Assembly (NCBI RefSeq): GCF_964204645.1
Contig: NC_134028.1
Coordinates: 2,108,001 to 2,172,000 of the forward strand
Direction of reading: 5' to 3'
DNA length: 64,000 bases
DNA from: Tubulanus polymorphus
Taxonomy: Eukaryota; Animalia; Nemertea
Position 1 is the stretch's first letter. The number at the start of each line of letters is the position of its first letter. Made by a program: the position numbers and the translations under genes. Positions 25,810 through 39,700 of the stretch are shown one piece after another. The notes beneath the pieces are model-generated. The model saw only the letters and a program-made list of their open reading frames with translations, had not been told where the DNA came from and did not search any database.

Positions 25810-28494
25810 AAATGCGCCGATTACAAGACGTCTAACAAAACACTGTATCCTACTTTCACGCGGACGTTACCGACTGATAAACAGGTGACGAAATCCATAT
25901 TAGCGCTGCTTAAATTCCTCAACTGGCGGAAATTTACGCTGGTTTACGGAAAATCCCGAAAACGTGAACCGATGGTGAACAGTCTGCGCGAGTACGCGCA
26001 ATCAGAGACAAACAACGTCACTATCAACCAAGAATTCACGTTCAAAGAACCACATTTGAAACGTTTACAAAACCCCTTCCCAAGAATCGCCGATGTCAGT
26101 TCTTCCAATACCAGAAGTAAGTTTTTTATCTTTACATTTATGAACGCCAAAATTGGTTAGTGCAGCCGAAATGAAAAAAAAGGAAAATCGTATTCTATCA
26201 TGGCGAACTTGTCAAATGAATGCTCATACGAAAAGTATCTTGTCACCATAGACAACGTTGATTTTGATGTCGGTTCATGAAACCACGCGAAACCGATATT
26301 AAAGTGCTTTTTCTCACACTTTGAACAGCTTGAATCTCGCTGATTCGACCCTAATAACATCATTTGCGACGGCGCCTTGTTCTCGAGATCAGAGCAGGCG
26401 GTCTTAATGTGACCATGTACCGCTGTGACAGCTAGAGGAGTGCCACGCTTTCTCTCTTGTCTTCTTGAACATGATATCCGCCGTCGTAAACATATTCTCA
26501 TTTTTACATGTCACATTATATCCGCCTTGAATAGAGCGATCCAGTTGTTGAAACAGAAATTAAAGCACTGTTGAAAGTTTGCAACGCGTTACGTCTTGAC
26601 GCATTTTTGTTAGACTGCCGAATATATCACGGCGTTGTTTAAGTTTTGTTTTCTCAAATTTTTCAGTTTATATCTTTCTCGGGGAACACAATGCAATGAT
26701 AGACTTTATGGCAGCACTGGAGGAAAAGAAGCTGCTCAGTACGGGTCAATATGTGGTTATCCATGTCGACCAAAAACCGTACAACAACGACAGCGGTATC
26801 AGATACTTCGACTGTAAGCCTGCACCGAATCTACCGAAAAGATAAATCCCGGACATCACTTAACGTCTCCTAAAATGTTCATATTCCGTTTTCAGACGAG
26901 TATAACTATGGTGAACTGACGAATGTCCACGCGTCGAGGTCTTTACTAGTTATCGTTCCTAGTCCTTCAATGAACGCCAATTATACAAAGTTCTTAAAGA
27001 AAGTGACGCTGTACAACGCCAAGTCACCGTTCTATTTCTCAAACCCGTTCGGTAATATCGCCAAGACGGCGGAGAAATTAGGCATTACCGAAGAGGAACT
27101 ACTCGAAACTCTAGGTCCAAACAGTTTAAACACGCAAGAAGTACGTATAAAAGCATTCACGTCCATGGTATATGTCCATGTTATACCATCCTCCCCCGGC
27201 AAGGATTCGAACCTGATGGCATCGAGATTGCCACGGCACGAAACCCTGCCATAATCGACTGTGTGCGCAGATACATGCGCAGTTCAGATGATGTGATTTT
27301 TAGCCAATCAGATATCCCGTTTTATTTTAGCCCGGGGTTTCCCATTTATAGTTCTTCCTTGAAATTTGCCTCAACGATTATACAACGAGCAATCTGATTG
27401 GTGCCGCCAGTTTTCGTTCGGAAAGCTGTGCATGTAGCTGCGCACCCGGTCTACTGATGCAGGGGTTCGTGCCGTGGCTGAGTGTAGCGATGCCATCAGG
27501 TTCGAGTCCCTGCAGAGGGAGGATGATGTTACACGTCCAGTTTATACGTATCAACTAGTTTACGTCCGTATATACGACCCAATGTCTAGATAACAGATAA
27601 TCCATTACGTAAACACGTAACAGGCTTCACAAAACTCATCTAACAATTCTAGCCATTCGTGATTGTTTGGATTCATTTATGATAATGATAAACATGGGCT
27701 CTTTAGACAATATCTTGATTGCATTTTTTGGTAAAGTCTTCTTATTGCGGAGACATGAATTACGTTCATTTGAAGTAACCGTCCGTCTTGATGTGTTGAT
27801 TTAGATGTAAATGCTCCGGATAAAAAAGCAATTGACCATCCACAAATTACGCGACGTTATCGAAAGATCGGAGAAGTATTAGGCATTATCGGAGTGTTTT
27901 TCTCCGTTTCAGATACCAGTATACGCTGCGTTTCTGTACGATGCTGTCATACTTTACGCCCACGCGTTAAATGAGATTCTAAGAAAAAATATGAGTCCAA
28001 CGAACGGAACTGAGATCTCTCGTCTTATACGTTCTCGTGTTTACAGGAGTAAGTGAAATAACTTCCAAAACGACGTGAACCATGTTTTTTACGCCTTCAT
28101 AATCATTCTCATATTGCTATTTTGTAGGTATATTGGGGTATGATATATCAATAGATCAAAGCGGCGATGCAGAAGGTAATTACACTGTTCTGAAACGGGA
28201 ACTGGACAGTCGAGATGGTTACCAGATGGTGCCCGTCGGTCGATTCCGTCGAACTATATCTAACGACGATCAGGTATCTGCAGTAAATTAGTCTTTGTTC
28301 AGATTTTGTATTTTCCTGTACGGAAGCGCCCGGGAGAAATAGTTATTCGTAAAAGCAGAAAAGTAAAGTTTCGGGTAACATTTTCGATTATTAATTGCAG
28401 GAGTTCAAATTGTTTTCCAAAAGTCAAGATTTCTTCGCCAATGTACTCGATGAACCGAGTTGCGGATATCACGGCGAAAAATGCATCGGCCCTC
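25810..28494 (+). CDS. Guanylyl cyclase extracellular ANF-receptor-type ligand-binding domain exons (6 exons)
   Basis: [42 protein letters not shown]; [15 protein letters not shown]; [19 protein letters not shown]; [22 protein letters not shown]; juxtamembrane [12 protein letters not shown]. Confidence 0.9.
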
Positions 28495-30643
28495 GTAAGG
28501 ACTTATTTCGCAATAGTTATGAAGAGAAAAATATATTTTCCAACTTTTCTAGTGAAAAAATACGAACGATGAAACCGATATGTAGTTTTACTATTTTTGC
28601 CTTTAATTTCAGCTATCGTGGAAATCGTATGCGGCGTCCTGGGAGGAATCATATTTACTTCAGGTCTAATCGTGCTCATCATTTACAGGTAAGCATCAAT
28701 TCTGACGGACGCTTTTAGGAGGAAACCACCCTCTAAAACCGGAAATACGCCAATTATTTCTTAGCGACTGAATTTCTCCCGTATGACAGTTCGAACTCGT
28801 CAATTCGTCGCTGTGTCGTGGTACTTCTTATGGTACTGTGTAAATTGAGTACCATTAATGAAGCAATAACTGACGCCAAATAGAAACTAGCATCACACAT
28901 TTCATTATCGACAAATGGCTCTTTACGACATGTCCGCATTTAATGTTTATTCACGTTAAAACACGCTGATAAACGACAATCATACTAATTGCCGGTAAAG
29001 TACCGCAAAATAGATGGCATTGCGTCTTAAGTTGCACAATTACAGCTTTGAAGTTCGCCACTCATCGGAATGTTATGACAGGCGAGTGACCCGCGAGAGC
29101 CTGTTATTTGATGATAGTTCAACGCCAGATCGCTTTCCCGATGAGGATGTGAATTTTTTTTAGTTCCGTTTTTACTCTCGGCATCGTGCTCGTTGCGAAA
29201 TCATCGAGATTTTCCGAGGTTTTTTTCTGAAGATACATGTTGCAATAAATGTGACACGAAGACGAGATGTGGAATTTCTAACGCGAATATCGGGTAATTT
29301 CTGTCGCAGGAACTGGAGAAATGAACAGGAAATAGCTGGTCTGCTGTGGAAGATTAACGTCTCTGATCTACAACCGCTTGAGAACACTTCTCGCGCATTC
29401 AGAGGAAGTAGGGTACGTACAAACCCTATACATATAGCGACACTCGACGAAATGCAAACCCACTTCATCCATACATCATCTCTAGAAAGAAATAAACCAT
29501 TATTGAAATAGAATAGAACTAAATTCCGGATAACATCATAACGAACTCTTTCTAATTTATTCGTGACTCATCATCGTTGGGCGGGACATGTATAAGTTAT
29601 ATAGACCTTCTTGAATTTATAACCGGCAAAGCACGTCTTTTATCGTGGAAAATATACACAAATTTATGTTGTCTGCTTCTAAAACCAGCTCATCCCAGAC
29701 TATGGTCACGACGTATGGAAGATAATCATTTTTTTCACATTTGAATTATGATAAATGTTGAACGAAAGATTAATGTTGGATTGTAAATGATATTTCCTAT
29801 CCTTTTATCATACAAGGCACTCCGTTTGAGGTTTATTGAATTTTCTCTGGAAAGTATGAAAAATCGGTTTTCCTTCCGCTTATGAATTAAATCCGTATAA
29901 ACTGATGACTCACCGGATTCGATCGTATTGTCCTAACGTGATTTATGAGAGCGATTGTTTGTATAATGTATTTTCACATTTTTAGTGTACACTGGTGACA
30001 CAGGGGTCGCTACCGTCCAACTTCTCGCTGGAACACACATTCACGAAGACGGCGACGTACAGAGGAACGATTGTCGCTCTGAAAAAAATAGAAAGACGTA
30101 ACTACGACTTAAGCCGAGCTCAGAAGAAAGAAATGAAAATGGTATACTCGACAAGCACTGTGTTCTTTCAGTTGTCTGGGCGCCCAATTTTCATTTGAAT
30201 CTTTATTACATTTTACAGTCTGGCAAAAAAACAGTAAAAATGACGATGATCATCTCAGAAATTAACTATTTCACTTACAGATTTTTTTTAACGAATATTG
30301 GGTGCTTGAAATATTTTCATATTCCGTGTTCAGGGGATCTTTTCATAGAAAACTTGAAGCTTCCTTAAAATTCCATTAGTGTCAAAATAATAATAATAAT
30401 TATTTATTTTCGTAAACCAGTTACGAGGTATCCAGTGCAAGCCAACAGGCTGTACATAAAATTAAGGCGCTGGAACCTTGTGCAGAGTGCAGGGGAATGT
30501 GCAGTGATACTTATAAATAATGCTATTAATAATCTTAATGCTAACAATAATAATTATGCTAATCAATAATAATAATAATAATAATAATAATGATAATAAT
30601 AATAATAATAATGCTAACAATAATAATACATGTAATGCTAATC

Positions 30644-30704
<61 letters not shown>

Positions 30705-33700
30705 CAAATTCTAATAATAATAATACTAATACTAATAATAATAATAACAATTCTAATAATGATGACAACAATAACTTATACAAATACAAATACAATGATA
30801 ATCATAATTACGGCAATATACCATAACCATTAATATTTCAGTAATTTAGGTAAAGATACTCATAATGATAATAATAAAAGTGATAATAATAATAATAATG
30901 ATAATAATAATAATAATAATAGTAATAATAATAATAATAATGATTGATTAATAATGATAATAATAATAATAATGATAATAATGATTGATTACAAATATGG
31001 AGGAAGCAAATGCCACAGATAATAATGATTACAAAGATAGATAGTCTAGTATAGCAGTCTAGTCAAGTTTAGTTAAGACTAAACACATACCAAGTTTTTC
31101 CTCAACGGGAGATGAATAATTACGCGTATTTCAGTAATATTTGTTTTTTAAATTGGAATGATAGTGAATTTATGCTGGTGGATGAACGGATAACATTCGG
31201 ACTTAACTTAATGGAACTTTAGGTCATTCTTTTACCGAATCAATCACGAAACTTATTCTTAATCCACCCTCAACTGATTTCAACACGTCGGAGCTGTTAT
31301 CGATATAATGGCAATATTGGGCAGATGAATTAGAAACTTTTAAGCGAGACTGATACTAAAAGCTTTAGGCTGTTCGAAAATAATCGCCCGATACATATAC
31401 AGAATTATTGATCCTAGCATCAGTTTGGATGACGATTTAAAACATGGCGAGATTTTCAAACATATATCAGGGACGTATCTGATATACACAAAACTGCTCT
31501 AAGAGAATCGGTAATGTGAAATCGATAGGAATTATTGTGTGAAATGCGACACTTCAATCTTCGATATAAGACAAATACCGATGAAACCAACCGGGAATAA
31601 ACGGTGACGATGACATCGAGAAGACACTTCTTGCAAATAGTTGAAGTGGCGATTTTGGTGATGTAAAAAAATCTCGAAGACACTCTAGTGCAATATTCTC
31701 CGCTCATAAGATGTACGTTGACAGAACGATACTTTTTTCAATTCTCCTTTAACCGTATAATAACGTTTCCGACTTGTATTAATGTTAAGCCGGCAATTTT
31801 CTGATGTGAATTTTAAAACGATTGCGTTTCCTTTGTAGTCGTTATATTTGAAGTCAATGACGACGGTGCGTAAAAGAAACTTCTCGAAGCATCTCGAGTT
31901 ACTAAAATCCCTAGTATAAAAATGCGTCAACGGATGCTGAGATGCACGATATTGATCGATGTGTTGACATCCATTCTTAACTTTTCTTAGCACCGAACGT
32001 GAACCCTCGATATGAGTACAAGAGCTCAAATGGAAAATGAATGTTACATTTGTTTTAATTTCATTCAATTTCGAAAGTTTTCACTATCGATTCGATGTTT
32101 CGTTGTTTTACTGTGCAATGACGTCTCATCGAAAGCGTGACAAACGTTATGTACAGCGATGAAACTTTGAAAAAAAAATGCGAAGTGGAAATCGCAGCAT
32201 TTTAGATAAAATTCATAATTCAGTTTTCGTTTATTATAGTCCTTGGTTTTGAAATCCGGTGAATGAAATTGTTTCCGCCCGTCAGTGTGTTTGTCAGTTC
32301 TCGATCGCAAGGTTGATGATTTTCACGAGAAACTGGTAAAACGTGAAATGTGGTGCAATCACAAACGCGAAATGACAATTTCTTTTCTTGAAGTTTTCGC
32401 ATCGATCAAAGTTGATTTCAATCGCACCTCGTAACTACCCGGCATTTCACATCAATACTGCGCAGATTTAAAATCGAAAGGAGGAAATAGTATTTCGTGC
32501 CAATGAATGAGAACAATTTTAAGTATCTTTTTTATTTCGTGAATCGTAATCGAGTATTTCGTTTGAACATCCTTACTCAACCGTTAATAGGCATGGCAAT
32601 CTGGATTACAACCGTATTTGAACTTCAAAGAGCCCCGTGTTATTACACCTGGGAGAAAAACGGCCTGAGTAACGACAAGAAACGAATTCGAACAGACAGA
32701 AATTCACACGCATCATGAAATAGAAGCTGTTGAAAAGCAAGTGGTTTCAAAGATCTAATTTCGCTCGCGAGTAAAATCATTCATGTTTTATCGGATACGT
32801 GGAAAGTGTCGACTTTGGTCTGATATCGTGAAAATATCTAGGCTTATAACGGTTAAGTTTGAATTGTTGAGCTCGTTGAAAACACGGAGTAACCAATTAC
32901 AATTAAACAAACATTAAACTTTGTTTTTTTCGTGAAAATGTCCTCTGTAACTATAAGAGTATTGAATACACGCGTGTTTTATGTGTGGTCCTGCGAGCGG
33001 AGCCGGGGCCGATACCCGACAAATATGCATGGAAAAAAACAGTTTTTTTTCCTAGGAGATTACTGGCGTACGGAAAGATCAATTTCAACTGCGGCTTTGG
33101 ACATACAATTGAATCCATAACCTACACCATAATACATATTTTCCTTACATATTCTTTTTTCTATGCAGATGAGAGATTTACGTCACGATAATGTTAATTC
33201 GTTCGTCGGAGCTTGTATTGAAACTCATCAGATCATCTTAGTCACTGAATATTGTTCCAAAGGATGTCTGCAGGTATTCATAATTCTTACCATGAACTTC
33301 ACAAACTAAAGCATATCGCATTACATTTACCTGTTGATTTTAAACGCGAGTTAAGAATGATAAAGATCAATATATCAAACTGCAAAAGAGTTACAATTAA
33401 AACAAAAAATGATTTCAGAATCTATATATGCTGAGTTTCTAATGAATAAGTCTCTATAATCATCAGTGAATCGGTATTAATGCGATTTTTGACGGATAAT
33501 TCAATTTACGCTGCAATCGTTTTTCTCCGCGTGTGACTGAAGCGCTTTCAATGCGATGGCGAGTCTGACACAGAATAAATCGACTGATACCTGAAACTTG
33601 TTCGTCCACGCTACGATGAGCATCGATTTCGCGGTTTATTAGATGCGAAAACGAAAATTGTCATCTGAAACAATTCATTAGATACCGAATCACATTGCTA

Positions 33701-36700
33701 TCACTTAACGAATGTACAATTAGTTTCTCTCTTGTTTTGCTCGCTCGAAGAATTATCTGAAGAGTTGCTTTGATCTCGCAGAACATAAATCTAACCGGTA
33801 TGCGAATCGATAAGACAATCTTATCTCCTTCGTTTAGTGGGTGGATGCACCGTTTTTGTCGAGCTGATATTTAAGACACAAATTATTACGACGAACTAAT
33901 CGATGATGTATAGTCCTAGTGGACAGGCTCTCAAATACATCGAATCGTATCGCATCGATAATCTATCATTTCTATGTTTATTCGAACCGTTGACCATTAA
34001 ACTACGACGGGACTGAATCATTATTTAGGATTTTTTAAATGTATATATGCATGTACCTCCGTTAAAACGCTTTCGTAGATTTTTCAAAGATTTTCCAAAT
34101 CCAGATTTTTTTTCGTTCACGGAAATATAACATCCTTTAAGAAAAATGTTTATGATAGATAGATAGACCAGAAAAAGTTCTGGAAAAGTTTCTTTTTCAT
34201 GTCTGTGGAATGCGCAACTTGCTAAACGAGTCGTTTTCAAGTTGGCGGAACATCGTTTGAGTCTAGGAATAGGTGAAAACTTGTTTCAGTCCGTATTGAA
34301 CGACAAGTCGGAAAGTCATTTGATCGTCTGCCAATGACAATTCGAGCTGAATGTTCATCGATCTATTTTTTAGGATATCCTTAGTAATGACGATCTCAAA
34401 TTAGACGCCATGTTCATAGCGTCTTTGGTCATGGATCTTTTGAAGGTTTGTAGAATCAAAAACTATATACTACAAACCTACCATTGCATTTTACTTGATA
34501 TAATGTACGTTTTTAAAAGGTTTGAACAAATGATTAGACAATGCGGGTTCGAGTCCCGTTGTTGCAATGATAGAAAATATACGATACATTTTTAGGGTAT
34601 GACCTATATGCACGATAGCGAATTACACGTTCATGGCAATCTAAAAAGCTCGAATTGCATCGTTAGCAGTCGCTGGACTCTGCAGGTCACCGATTTTGGG
34701 TTACTGGAACTACGAACTCCAAATTCGCACACCCCGAAAGACCATAAGTATTACAGCAGTAAGTCAAACATTCAAAAAGATTTAGATCTTCATAAAAACC
34801 ATTAAGAATATTTGTTATCAATTTCTATCGCTTCAGAGTTCGATGTATGGTGTAGCAAAATTGCATCGCTAAGGTGTAACGCACTTATGATACAAATTTA
34901 CATGACTTTTCATAATGTCGTTGCAATTTTAGTCATCATTTTATTTATATTGATATAATTCAGGTTTATTTTGGACGGCTCCCGAAATAATGAGAACAAA
35001 CTGGCCAAACCGCGGGGCTACACAAAAAGGAGATGTATATTCGTTCGGTATCATTTTGTACGAGATCGTTAGTAGAATGGCTCCATATGAAGACGTCGAA
35101 ATAGAACCATCGGGTGAGATATTTGATCTTATAGGAATTGGCCCTGTTATTTATTTGATTGGTAGAATTCGTTTGATTTGTTTTGATTTGGTGTCCGTTA
35201 CAAACCCACCACACCTGCCGGGAACGAAACAGGGGCTCGGACGAGTTCCTAACGCTCAGTGAATCTAACGTTTCAATGTTATCTATAAGGCCGTGGCTCA
35301 ATATTACTTTATGCCGAAATTGAAACCGTCCGAATCGGCTTAAGTTGCAGTTGATACGCTGTTCATATTGTCGCGTGTCGAGTGTCATTTTGCGACATAT
35401 TTCTCACTGATAACTGTACATAACAAGTTCATTATGTCGGATTGCCGGCAGCTCGGGATGAACGCTCGCAAAGATTCGCTAGATAATGTGTTTATACCAT
35501 GCGCGTTAATTCCACAGTCTTTACGCAGTCTGGGCGATCACTGAGATAATGATAAACCGAACCGTCGCCTACTGGATAAAGAGAAACGCCATTATGTCAA
35601 CCGTTGTTCTGCATCGTCTGCGACAGAAATGATCAAAGATGATCAACAGCGTTCCACTGCAGGATAAATCCCTAATCATTGCACATACGCATCGTTTTAT
35701 CGGGGCCTCATTCCTAGTCCATTTAGCTTATCGCCGTATACGCCTGTCTATTCATGGGGGATTCGATCCCAGGTATCTATCTCTAGGGCACCTATCTCTT
35801 CTTTACTGCCAATTCAAACTATGCTATAATGTACGTATAAATGTCACTAGGATTGTCTGGATAAACTTGTCTATCGTCGTAAGTGTAAGTAAAATACGAT
35901 ACCAAAGGGACGCGGTTTGGATTAATAGATTAGAATGAAATATATATAACTGTCTTCCAATGTTATCGCCTATTATCAAAAAATGTCAAGAAATTCTGGA
36001 TATGTTCAGCTTTTCGGGGTTTAAAGACAAGTCTATACTCGCTTATTTCAGAGATTATCGAGAAGATCAAAAACCCGGATGGAATAATCTGTCGACCGGA
36101 CACGACGACCTTGCAATGCCAGGACTACGTGATGAAGGTCATTAACGATTGCTGGGATGAAACTGTCGATAACAGGCCTGATTTCCGTCAGATACGACAC
36201 AGATTGAAACCCATGTGTGCAGGAGTGTAAGTTATCATGTCTTTACATTGATAAGCATGTATAGGGTTCACTAAGTCATGGAAAGTAAATGCCGCCAGCA
36301 AAACCTCCCAGAAACTTAAGTATCATAGTTCGAAGTTTAGACCTCAACAGAGATTGATGTGATTAAGTATTGGCGTCGGAATTATTTTAGGTTTATAACT
36401 AGTGGGATAAAGAACGTTTCAAGATAATGAACTTTAGTCGCGTTATGGTGCCCGAAGCTCATACGTCAGAGTACACGGTACACAGCGTATTTCAAACTCT
36501 GAAAACCTATCATAAATGTCTCCGGTGTCTCATCCTCGGGATAATAACGCCTAGTAATAAGAAGCAACAAGCAGAAATTACTATATTTCACAGATACGAG
36601 CCTTCAGGTTTCGCCAAGCGCACGGAAGTCAGACTGTGTAATTTTCGGTTAATCCGATCCGATCGCTCAATTATTTTCTCCTATTTTGTACAGTTATTGT

Positions 36701-39700
36701 GTAATTACTCATTCACGCCTCTCCTCATAACGAACCGTTCACAATTCCACAATTCGTTTTTCTCTTTATAAGTTCATTTATACAATCTTGTATTTATGTT
36801 ACAGAAAAACGAATATACTCGATAACATGATCGACATGATGGAGAAATATCAGAACAATTTAGAGAAACTTGTGGAAGAACGTACTGATATGCTAGTCGA
36901 AGAGAAAAAGAGAACCGAAGCATTACTTCATAGAATGTTACCGAAGTAAGTGCGTCTTAATCAGCAACAGTTCATACAGACTTTACAATATCTACAGATC
37001 GTTTTACTAATTTACCACTTTACCTACGGAATTCCGTGAGACTATTAATCATCGAAGTATTCATGTGTTTTGACGGTTAGGTTCGAATCCTACCCCGAGT
37101 AGATTTTAGGAATGCCGTGAAAAACCCTTTCATCGAAAAGCAAAGCATTATTGGCATTTTGTCATCACATCGATTCTTATATCCTCAGATGATAAGTCGT
37201 CAGTTGAACGCTAGGTTTGATAAAACTTCCTTTCCAAAATGCGTCATCCGGGAACGTTTGCTGAGAAACAGATGCGTTGTATTTAATGTCATAAGAAAAA
37301 TCGGATCGTTTAAAAGAGGCCTGATTTAGTAAATCTCTACGATTATTGATACGCATGTTTTTATCATCACAGATAGAGCATTCGGTTGACTTCGGTTCGC
37401 TCAATTATTTTCTCCTATTTTGTACAGTGATTACTGTAATTACTCCGTCAGTTTGGAAAGTATCAGATGCATTTGTGGAGGATCATTTCCACATAGCTTT
37501 AATCAAGGTATTGCTACAAATAATGTGAAACTGTGTTAAATGTGATACCAAGTGAACAAAAAGTTAATCAGTTTATCACCGATGATGATGGACATTGTTA
37601 ATGCAATGAACGTTACGTCGACTACCGCAATGTGCAATCAATCAGATTTTTTTTCGTGCAGAGAATTTCTTTTCTGCCTATATGGGTAAATATTCGGCAT
37701 TTCCTTCTGTTACTCTAAAACGTCAGTCATCGGTTTTTCTCCTTCGGGCGTTAGCCGTCGCTGATATTAATTTTCTAGTTGTTTAATTCACGCGTTTATG
37801 CTAAACATAGTGCTCTATATTTGCCTTCACGTTGACTGATTTGACACCAGGTTTACAAGACTTCCCGTAACTCTCCTAGTGTAAAGCCACCAACTGACAT
37901 GTCATCTTTTTCTGTGCATTATTGAGAACCGTATGACAAACTTTTTCCTGAATAAAACGAGGGTATATTTTGTTTGATCAATCTATTCAGAATCAATTCG
38001 GTAATACAAATCCCGACCCGTTGTCTGTTCATGACGTCATCGTTAAGCGGCAAGGTTAATCCGCATCGGGAGCATTTGTTTTCGAATGTTGTGCTTCGGT
38101 TTTAGGATTAGTGTCACCCGCAGCTCGCAGCCGATCTTAGTTCTGCGTCTCGTTGTACTTGAAAACTTTCGAAACTCGACTTAAGATCAGCTATAAACAG
38201 AATAACCGCAACTTCTTATGTTCAAAAGATGTAATGAATTTTATGAATAAGCTTTGAATTCCATTCTAAGATTTAATAATAATCTTTATTTATATATGGA
38301 AATTATAACGTAACATAACATATTTTCTTTCCTCCGTATTGGGAGTCAGGACTGATTCTTTTTGATATTTCGAATATGATTTTCTTCCGGGAAAATATGA
38401 TCGTATTGTTGTTATAGTTCGGTAATTCGTGTGTTGGTTCATGGTAATCAATAGGATTTATCAAGCAACAACCTTGACATCAAATGATGCGATCTTTTTC
38501 AGATCCGTGGCTGAACAACTGAAGCGTGGTGAGCCGGTTATTCCAGAATCGTTTAACTGTGTAACGATATATTTCAGCGATATTTGTGGTTTTACTGCCA
38601 TGTCTGCAGATAGCTCCCCTATGCAAGTAAGTTCCATCGCTTCGGAATCGATTATGAAAAAAAATTGAACGTCGAAAATCTGCATTTAATTTGCTTGTTC
38701 CTCGTTCGCGTAATAAATTGTAAATGACGGCTTCGTTTTTGCCGAAACCTTTCCGGCAAATAACATCCGTCAACGTGAACGTCCCGAGGCTTAAAACGCG
38801 CGTGAAGGAGATGTTGAAAAATAATGTCAATTGAATTTATGAAAGAATCCCGCGTGTGATGGAGTTTGTTTATAGTAACGAATATCGCCTCGAGGTAAAA
38901 ACGAGAAAACGTCGTTTATAATCTAATTTTATTCCGCTGGTTTTTGTTGTCGGCTTGTTTAAACACGAATTGGTTAATTCATTTCGTTCGTCGTGAAGGA
39001 CCTCGCATGTTTTAATGCGTCCGTCGTAGAGTTCAAAATCTATCCCCGACCGACGCTGTAGGTTTCCGTCTGGTGGCTGTTATAAGAACTATATAACTTA
39101 CGTGGCCGGCCAACTTATAGGCGGTCAATTTTTAAGCTTAGCAGAAGCAAGGTATAAATCTTTTCAGCCTAAACATTGCATTTTGATAAAGGATATGATT
39201 AAATACGACCTATGACGACGCGAGATAAAATGCGTTGAATCATTGTTTTTTTTTCTCAGGTCGTGGACCTTCTCAACGATCTATACACGCTATTCGATTC
39301 GATCATCGCTAACTATGACGTGTACAAAGTAGAAACGATTGGTGACGCGTATATGGTAGTGAGCGGATTGCCTTTACTTAACGGTAACAATCATGCCGGT
39401 GAGATCGCTTCCATGTCATTACACCTTATCAGAATGATCAAAACATTCCGAATCAAACACCTTCCCGACGTCACACTCAAACTCAGAGTCGGTATGCATT
39501 CAGGTAAGGTCGAATAATTCGAGAACGTACTTATATAAAGTTAGTCTCCAAAGACCTCTTCCTTGTAATATGTAATATTTGCAATTGTTTACCCTTAAGG
39601 ATCATGCGTATCTGGTGTGGTTGGTCTTACCATGCCGAGGTATTGTCTATTTGGTGACACTGTGAACACAGCATCCAGAATGGAGTCGAACGGAGAACGT

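Noticed and set aside
30559-30826. Poly-Asn / poly-Leu / poly-Ile ORFs
   Set aside because: Translations of an intronic (AAT)n microsatellite.
34540-37100. tRNA genes at gggttcgagtccc (~34545), gattcgatccc (~35760) and ggttcgaatcct (~37080)
   Set aside because: Isolated T-arm motifs without acceptor or anticodon stems; at most SINE-head relics.
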